Of a stretch of 63,864 nucleotides of DNA, positions 57,736 to 63,864 are shown one piece after another. This DNA comes from Bacteroidota bacterium (lineage in GTDB: Bacteria > Bacteroidota > Ignavibacteria > UBA10030): the NCBI GenBank assembly GCA_035286705.1, contig DATECW010000030.1:1-63864 (forward strand), given 5' to 3'. The position numbers were made by a program, and so were the translations under genes. The first letter of the stretch is position 1. Each line of letters starts with the position of its first letter. A model generated the notes under the pieces. That model was not told the DNA's origin. It ran no database searches and saw nothing but the letters and a program-made list of their open reading frames with translations.

Positions 57736-58734
57736 TCACATCTTGATGATTTCACCCATGATAACCGGTGATTCCTTCTTCTTTCGAAGCGTTGCCATGA
57801 CCTTGTCAACCTGCGTGGGCGATGTAATAAGGACAAGTCCCACTCCCAGATTGAATGTCCGGCGCATGTCTTCCTCCGGTACCGCTCCCGCCGATTGAAT
57901 CAGACGAAAGATGGCCGGGCGTTTCCACGCAGACCAATCGATCCGCAATCCCACCCCTTTCGGGACAATCCGCATCGTGTTCCCTTCAATACCTCCACCG
58001 GTTACGTGGGATATGCCTTTGATGGTGAATTTCGTCAAGAGAGGATAGACCGATTTGAAATAAGAACGGTGAATCCACATCAGAGCATCTCCCAGGGTCG
58101 TTCCAAGGTCGTCGAAATATTCATTGATCGAATATTTCTCAAGAAGCACCTTACGTGCGAGCGAGTATCCGTTCGTGTGCAATCCTGTCGACGGCAGTCC
58201 GATCAATATGTCTCCCTTTTTGACCGTTTTGCCATTCACGATCTTCTTCTCATCCACCACACCGATAATGGTGCCAGCGAGATCGTACTCGTCGCTGTCG
58301 TACATCCCGGGCATTTCCGCGGTTTCTCCTCCCACAAGCGAACAACCATTCTCCCTGCATGCTTTGACAAATCCTTCTATGACTTTTTCACCGACATCCG
58401 GCGAAAGTTTTCCGGTACCAAAATAATCAAGAAAATAAAGAGGCTTTGCACCGCATACCAGAATGTCATTGACACAGTGATTGACCAGATCCTGCCCAAC
58501 CGTGTGGTGACGCCCCATCGCAAATGCGATTTTAAGCTTCGTGCCGACACCGTCCATGCTTGAAACCAGAACCGGGTTTCGGAAGCCGGGAAATCGCGCC
58601 CGATAGAACGCTCCAAACATTCCAATATCGGCAAGAACATTCTTGTTGAACGTGGAACGGACGGCGGGCTTAATGCGCCGAACCAGTTCCTCACCGGCAT
58701 CGATGTCGACGCCGGCCTCTTTATACGTGGGCAT
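57736..58734 (-). CDS. purM: phosphoribosylformylglycinamidine cyclo-ligase (AIR synthetase)
   Basis: YKEAGVDIDAG...DGVGTKL...HCVNDILVCGAKPLYFLDY...GGETAEMPG...GLHTNGYSL. Confidence 0.95.
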   Translation of the reverse strand: MPTYKEAGVDIDAGEELVRRIKPAVRSTFNKNVLADIGMFGAFYRARFPGFRNPVLVSSMDGVGTKLKIAFAMGRHHTVGQDLVNHCVNDILVCGAKPLYFLDYFGTGKLSPDVGEKVIEGFVKACRENGCSLVGGETAEMPGMYDSDEYDLAGTIIGVVDEKKIVNGKTVKKGDILIGLPSTGLHTNGYSLARKVLLEKYSINEYFDDLGTTLGDALMWIHRSYFKSVYPLLTKFTIKGISHVTGGGIEGNTMRIVPKGVGLRIDWSAWKRPAIFRLIQSAGAVPEEDMRRTFNLGVGLVLITSPTQVDKVMATLRKKKESPVIMGEIIKM

Positions 58735-58967
58735 GGATTACTCTCAATGGCGTTGCCAGAAGATACTCGTTTTTCACGCTGGGAACAAATCCTCTATGAA
58801 CGACTGGGACACGGAAACGACACAGAAAAACAAACAGAAACAACACAGCGCGTCAATCCGTCGTTGTTTCGGTTTCTTCAGTGGAAATCCGTTTTCTCAT
58901 TTCCCAGTGAGAAAAACTGTATCACTTAAGAAAAGAAGGTAGTGTATCAGTTTGCTCGCCCAGCGAA

Positions 58968-59051
58968 TTTCACAGAGAGCCACGGAGAAAGCAAGAGAGT
59001 TTCACAGAGAAAACACCTCTCTGTGTCCCTCTGTGGAACTCTGTGGAATGC
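58968..59051. repeat. imperfect palindromic intergenic element (CACAGAG / CTCTGTG arms)
   Basis: TTTCACAGAGAGCCACGGAGAAA...TTTCACAGAGAAAACAC | CTCTCTGTGTCCCTCTGTGGAACTCTGTGGAA. Confidence 0.7.
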
Positions 59052-59149
59052 TTTCTTTCCAATGTGAAACACTACCAAAAAGAATGAATCCTTGCGTGTC
59101 TGAGCCGGCTTCTTTATATTATTCCGTTTCTCATCATCACCACGACATC

Positions 59150-59827
59150 ATGGCAACCGCAACTCTCCAAGGAACTCCCACTCCGCTGACAATTCCCAAG
59201 ATCATTTGCGTCGGGCGGAACTATGCGGAACATGCAAAGGAAATGAAAGCCGACGTCCCCACGACGCCGGTGCTCTTCCTGAAGCCCCCCACTGCCGTCG
59301 TGCACAACCACGGCAGCGTTGTCATCCCCCCCGTTTCCAGGGAACTCCATCACGAAGTGGAAATGACAGTCCTGATCGGCAAGGGAGGGAAGAACATCAG
59401 CCGCGAAAAGGCGATGGAGCATATCGCCGGATACGGAATCGGACTCGACATGACGCTCCGCGATTTGCAGAGCGATGCGAAGAAGAAAGGACTCCCGTGG
59501 TCGGTAGCGAAGGGATTCGACACTTCCGCCCCGCTCTCAGACTTCGTTCCCGCCGCATCCGTCGCGAATCCGCATCAACTGACCGTGGAACTCACGGTCA
59601 ACGGATCTGCCCGGCAAAAAGGATCCACCAGCGATTTCATCTTCAAACTCGATCAGCTGGTTTCCTCGATTTCCCAAATCTTCACTCTCGAACCCGGTGA
59701 CGTCATCTTCACCGGCACTCCCGAAGGAGTCGCGCAAGCAGTGGCGGGCGACACCCTTCTTGGCAGGCTCCTGGAGCCCTCGGGTAAAGTGCTCGCAACA
59801 ATTATGGCCCACGTCGAAGAGGCATGA
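59150..59827 (+). CDS. fumarylacetoacetate hydrolase (FAH)-family protein
   Basis: ORF trimmed to the ATG at 59150. KIICVGRNYAEHAKE..., FLKPPTA, HHEVEMTVLIGK, and DMTLRDLQ...WSVAKGFD...GDVIFTGTPEGV. Confidence 0.85.
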   Translation: MATATLQGTPTPLTIPKIICVGRNYAEHAKEMKADVPTTPVLFLKPPTAVVHNHGSVVIPPVSRELHHEVEMTVLIGKGGKNISREKAMEHIAGYGIGLDMTLRDLQSDAKKKGLPWSVAKGFDTSAPLSDFVPAASVANPHQLTVELTVNGSARQKGSTSDFIFKLDQLVSSISQIFTLEPGDVIFTGTPEGVAQAVAGDTLLGRLLEPSGKVLATIMAHVEEA

Positions 59828-60201
59828 ACAAGGTTGTCCATTTCCTGAGTAATTACCGGAACGCAATCCTGGCCTGGGTTGCGATTGCCGGCCTCGTCGT
59901 TCTCGGCATCGAACTGGGTGTCGACAAAACGGTGATCGGTTTCGTGGTGTTGATCATCGGCCTTGCCGGTGAGGCGTTCGCCGCCCTTGGGGCATGGATT
60001 GCTCTGGTACCATTCATCGGACCGCTGGTTGTCAAGGTCCTCGCTCTCCCATTCTTCTGGCTTCTGAACGGGATCGGGTATCTGGCTTCGATCGTGGCAA
60101 TTAAGAAGGGGTATGGGAAGGACGTGGTCAACTATCGCGTGCTCACCATCACGCTCCTCGTCGGAGTAACCATCGGATATGTGCTCGGGAAGCTTGTCTG
60201 A
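59824..60201 (+). CDS. small 4-TM membrane protein, unknown function
   Basis: ATGA overlap with the FAH gene stop. Hydrophobic helices throughout. Confidence 0.5.
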   Translation: MNKVVHFLSNYRNAILAWVAIAGLVVLGIELGVDKTVIGFVVLIIGLAGEAFAALGAWIALVPFIGPLVVKVLALPFFWLLNGIGYLASIVAIKKGYGKDVVNYRVLTITLLVGVTIGYVLGKLV

Positions 60202-60297
60202 CATCCCGAAATCTTTGCATTTTTGTGTCGTGATGATTACCTTCCATTCGCAATTGATTATTGACTTTCAGTAGTCCTTCTTCCTCCCGGAGATCCA

Positions 60298-61107
60298 ATG
60301 GGCAAGATTGTCGCGGTAGCAATCCCAAAAGGCGGCGTCGGCAAGACCACGACTGCGGTCAATCTCGCGGCATCCCTCGCAGTTTTTGAAAAAAGGACAC
60401 TGCTGATCGACACGGATCCTTTTGGCGCCTGCAGTCTTTCACTTGGGTTCACGAAAGAGCGGACAGTCGGCGGCTTGTTCGAAGTGTTCAATTTCACGCA
60501 TTCGATGTCGCAGGTCATCCACCGAACCGAGATTGCCTTCCTCGATTTTGTTCCATCGAACGTCCACACTACGCAGATGGAAGAGAGGTACATGAAACTG
60601 GCTGAGAACAGGACCATTCTCAAGAATTCCCTCCGCATGGTTGTTCCCCATTACGATTACATTATTATCGACTGTCCCCCCTTTTTGCGCGGGCTGACCA
60701 CCAATGCTCTCACCTGCGCCGATTCCACGCTTATTCCCTTGAAGTCCGGTCATTTCTCGCTTGATGCAATGGACAAACTGGTCAAGTACATAGACTGGAT
60801 CAGAGAGGTTGCCAATCGTCCTCTCGCCCTGGAAGGCATTGTGCAAACCATGTATGAGCCCAATACAAAGGTCACAGACATTACCGAGCGCGAACTGCAG
60901 CTCCATTTCCGGAAACACATGCTCAAGACCGTCATTCCGAAAAACACTCAGCTGGTCGAAGCATCCTTTTACGGAAAACCGGCGGTGCTCTTCAACGCAA
61001 ACTCCAAGGGAACACTGGCATATCTTCAGCTTGCCCGGGAGATCATTGAACGAAACAGTGTTGCGGCTCAGGAAACCCCCGCATTGACCCAAACACAGAC
61101 AGGGTAA
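60298..61107 (+). CDS. parA: ParA/Soj-like deviant Walker-A ATPase (divergent)
   Basis: KIVAVAIPKGGVGKTTTAVNLAASLA, LLIDTDP, IIIDCPP, and a Soj-like C-terminal ...KGTLAYLQLAREII. The usual DPQGN segment reads DPFGAC. Confidence 0.8.
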   Translation: MGKIVAVAIPKGGVGKTTTAVNLAASLAVFEKRTLLIDTDPFGACSLSLGFTKERTVGGLFEVFNFTHSMSQVIHRTEIAFLDFVPSNVHTTQMEERYMKLAENRTILKNSLRMVVPHYDYIIIDCPPFLRGLTTNALTCADSTLIPLKSGHFSLDAMDKLVKYIDWIREVANRPLALEGIVQTMYEPNTKVTDITERELQLHFRKHMLKTVIPKNTQLVEASFYGKPAVLFNANSKGTLAYLQLAREIIERNSVAAQETPALTQTQTG

Positions 61108-63401
61108 TGCGCAGAACGGCGAACGTTCTCTTCGTGTGCGGTCTTCTCGTTCTTGCGTATTCCTTCCTCTCTTCATCGCTTTCCCCCCTTTCGACCTTCG
61201 ACCCGGCGGGCGATCTTCCCGACCGGATCGACGATGTCTATCTGAATTTTGATTCCCTCAGAACAGACCTTGGCGATTACGCCTGGCCGACCGATGCCAG
61301 CAGGAAGATGAGTTCCGCGTTTGCGTCGTTCCGCACGATGCACTTTCACGCCGGGATTGATATTTCCACGAATGGCAGAATCGGGTATAAGGTTCTTGCC
61401 TCCAGAGACGGCTACGTATCGCGGATTTCAGTTTCTCCCTATGGATACGGAAAAATGCTGCACGTGAAGCACCGGGACGGATTTACGACCGTCTATGCCC
61501 ACCTCAGAGGATTCAGCACGGACATCGAAGCGTATGTCAGAGAACAGCAATACAAGAACGGACTCTATGGCCTTGAAGCGACATTCGATGAAGCGATCTT
61601 CCCTGTTTCGAAAGGAGAGGTGATCGCTTATACGGGCGATACGGGAGTCGGACCGCCGCATTTGCATTTCGAAATCCGCGACGAAAGCCTGAATCCGCTC
61701 AATCCCCTGCTTTGTCCCGCCTTCGCGGCAGCGATCACCGACACGCGTTTTCCCGAATTCCAACAGGTAAGCTTTGCCCCGTTCGACTATGCTTCCCGCA
61801 TCGACGGCAGCGCGGCCCCCGTGGTGCAGAATGTCCATAAGCGCAGCAACCGCAAATACACTCTTCCACGCGTCGTTCACCTCAACGGATCGGTCGGCAT
61901 CAGCGTCAAGGGATCCGACCAGAACAACACAACATGGCAGCGTAGCAGCGTGTACCGCTATGAATTGCATATTGACAGCACACTCCTGTTCACCTCGACG
62001 CATGATCGCTTTTCAGCAAAAGAGACCGAGCAGATCGCCATCCATTACGACTGGTCTTTCGTGCAATCGGGGGAAGGGAGATTTCAAAAGTTATTTCTTG
62101 AACCGGGCAACAATCTTCCTCTGTATTCGCGGCTGCCTGAACGTGCGGGCGTTCTGGTTTCTTCTTCATTCACCCGCGGGGAACACCAGATACGGATTGT
62201 GGCCAGCGATATTGCGGGGAACGCCTCGGAACTGACTGCTGTGGTCGTGTTTGACGAACCACCTTCCATCGATGTTCGGAGAATCGAAGAACGGTTTGTG
62301 CTGATTCCACAATCGTCCGACGACCTCCAATCGGTCACTATCGGCTCCAAACTGCCCGGGCGAAAAAGCTGGAATCTCAGAACGTATGATCCAACGGCCC
62401 TTGCCTCGACCGCGGATGGATATGTTTTGCCGATTGATCCGCACAGCCCGCGTCTCATTAGAGTCAGTGCACTTGATAATCAGGGGTCACAATCATATCC
62501 GATCTTCTTCGCTCCGGCGACTTCACGATCGAGCAATACCTCTCTTACTCTGAAAAAGGAATTCCTCCGTGATTACCTTCTGGTAGCGATCACCTCGCAT
62601 CTCCCGTTCACGTTGCGTCCTTCCCTGTGGATCATCGACAAAGAGAGCAAAACACTGGCGGATATCAATGCAGCAGATGAACGAACATACGTGGGGACGA
62701 TTCCTCTCAACTCCGTGTCGGGAGGAACCGTTCGGCTCGAAGCAAACGGCATGGTGAATGAAACGTCGGTCAGTGCTTTCGACGAGTTTTCCCTTTTCCC
62801 CATCACGCCGGAAGAAGGCGGGACAATCGTTGTGGGGAACGGCGAGTTCACGATTGATTTTCCTGCCTCCGGGGTATACCAGCCTTTCTATTGCAGAATT
62901 GAGAAGAGTGATGGCGGATATACGGTTTTGCCGAGGGATGTACTGCTCAATCACGGTGCAACCGTTTATTTCCGCGGCCCTGCGACGGAGGACCCCGGCG
63001 CGCTTGGACTTTACCACGCAGATCAGGGAGGGTTTGACCTTCTCTCGAAGACGCAGGAGGAGGGTGTGTTGAAAGGAAGAATAAGAAACCTGTTGGGTGA
63101 TTTTGCCATCAGGGAAGACTCCACCGCGCCCGCGATTTCAAGTTTCCTGGTCCGCATTTCACAAGGGCGCCTCCGTCTCGCCGCCCGTCTTCATGACAAA
63201 GGATCAGGTGTCGATGCGGCGTCGATTCGCATGACACTCGACGAAACAATGTTGATTGCGGCGTATGACCCATATAATCACCGTCTCGAGTTCGACGAGC
63301 CGTTTTCCCTCCCAGCAGGGGCACATGTCGCACGAATCGAAGTGACCGACAGAATGGGCAACGGCACATCGATGGCAAAGACATTCCACACCTCCCGCTG
63401 A
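61107..63401 (+). CDS. M23-family metallopeptidase (LytM domain) with a ~500-aa C-terminal extension
   Basis: TAATG overlap with the parA-like stop. N-terminal TM/signal. HAGIDI...DGFTTVYAHL...GDTGVGPPHLHFEIRD zinc-ligand pattern. Confidence 0.8.
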   Translation: MRRTANVLFVCGLLVLAYSFLSSSLSPLSTFDPAGDLPDRIDDVYLNFDSLRTDLGDYAWPTDASRKMSSAFASFRTMHFHAGIDISTNGRIGYKVLASRDGYVSRISVSPYGYGKMLHVKHRDGFTTVYAHLRGFSTDIEAYVREQQYKNGLYGLEATFDEAIFPVSKGEVIAYTGDTGVGPPHLHFEIRDESLNPLNPLLCPAFAAAITDTRFPEFQQVSFAPFDYASRIDGSAAPVVQNVHKRSNRKYTLPRVVHLNGSVGISVKGSDQNNTTWQRSSVYRYELHIDSTLLFTSTHDRFSAKETEQIAIHYDWSFVQSGEGRFQKLFLEPGNNLPLYSRLPERAGVLVSSSFTRGEHQIRIVASDIAGNASELTAVVVFDEPPSIDVRRIEERFVLIPQSSDDLQSVTIGSKLPGRKSWNLRTYDPTALASTADGYVLPIDPHSPRLIRVSALDNQGSQSYPIFFAPATSRSSNTSLTLKKEFLRDYLLVAITSHLPFTLRPSLWIIDKESKTLADINAADERTYVGTIPLNSVSGGTVRLEANGMVNETSVSAFDEFSLFPITPEEGGTIVVGNGEFTIDFPASGVYQPFYCRIEKSDGGYTVLPRDVLLNHGATVYFRGPATEDPGALGLYHADQGGFDLLSKTQEEGVLKGRIRNLLGDFAIREDSTAPAISSFLVRISQGRLRLAARLHDKGSGVDAASIRMTLDETMLIAAYDPYNHRLEFDEPFSLPAGAHVARIEVTDRMGNGTSMAKTFHTSR

Positions 63402-63496
63402 GCTACGACGGTACCGGAACGCTCCGGCAGGCTTTCCTTTTTCCCTCCTTTTGACTAATCTTCAAGCTTCAACCACCATTCTCCGACGGGACAACC

Positions 63497-63864
63497 ATGG
63501 GAAAAAAGGACGAGCGCATCGACGCATACATCAACAATGCAGAGGACTTTGCCAAACCGATCCTCCGCCATCTTCGTTCAATCGTGCACAAAGCCTGCCC
63601 GAATGTGGAAGAGACCATGAAGTGGAGCTTCCCGCATTTCGATTACAGGGGTGTCATGTGCAGCATGGCCGCATTCAAAGCTCATTGTGTTTTCGGGTTT
63701 TGGAAGGCACCCATCATAAAGGATCCCCACAAGCTCATGAACAAGACCGGAGCGGGAGAGGCGATGGGTCATTTTGGACGGATCGGCAGCATCAAAGACC
63801 TGCCGAAGGCCGGCATTCTGCTCTCTTATGTCAGGGAGGCCGCAAAGCTCAATGAGGATGGAAT
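63497..63864 (+). CDS. DUF1801 (YdhG-like) domain protein, 3' end beyond the window
   Basis: ATG at 63497; the frame is open to the window end. MGKKDERIDAYINNAEDFAKPILRHLRSIVHKACPNVEETMKWSFPHFDY.GVMCSMAAFKAHC.FGFW. Not in the ORF track because no stop is reached. Confidence 0.65.
   Translation, partial: MGKKDERIDAYINNAEDFAKPILRHLRSIVHKACPNVEETMKWSFPHFDYRGVMCSMAAFKAHCVFGFWKAPIIKDPHKLMNKTGAGEAMGHFGRIGSIKDLPKAGILLSYVREAAKLNEDG

Noticed and set aside
60298-61107. A canonical parAB partition locus or origin-proximal region
   Set aside because: There is no ParB-like gene on either side, and no dnaA, dnaN or gidAB nearby. The ATPase is followed by an M23 peptidase instead.

Overview
This 63.9-kb window looks like ordinary chromosomal DNA. 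It probably comes from an FCB-superphylum bacterium (Ignavibacteria/Bacteroidota-like). That assignment is an inference: four proteins end in the T9SS (Por) C-terminal sorting domain with the NYPNPFNPST signature, and lipoprotein and T9SS cargo genes are abundant. All calls come from reading the sequence and ORF track and from motif recall; no searches were run. I support about 55 protein genes. Housekeeping genes include bfr, mgsA, folD, a ymdB-like gene, ispG, pgk, gap, comF-like, uvrB, purM and a parA-like gene. Around them are peptidases (proline iminopeptidase, M1, S9, M23), an ECF sigma/anti-sigma pair, an iron-related cluster headed by a DtxR-type regulator, and several very large secreted proteins. 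I saw no rRNA, tRNA, CRISPR array, transposase, integrase or recognisable defence genes. Five things merit a second look. (1) A two-gene T9SS unit (19748-27344) encodes a 1750-aa seven-module beta-helix protein with a dockerin-like and a cohesin-like module, followed by a scaffoldin-like protein with three cohesin-like modules. (2) A DtxR-linked operon encodes a di-haem DUF1111 protein, a Tat-Rieske protein and a porin, followed by bacterioferritin. (3) Many intergenic spacers consist of degenerate direct repeats phased at 7-8 bp, with shared GAGTA and ACGAA cores; they include an 11x heptamer array and a 24-bp array in a divergent promoter region. (4) A nested-palindromic repeat of about 78 bp sits immediately 3' of two unrelated genes. 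(5) A divergent ParA-like ATPase is translationally coupled to a 764-aa M23 peptidase, with no ParB. Many ORF-track N-termini are over-extended, so I moved starts to internal ATGs that have Shine-Dalgarno-like sequences or signal peptides.
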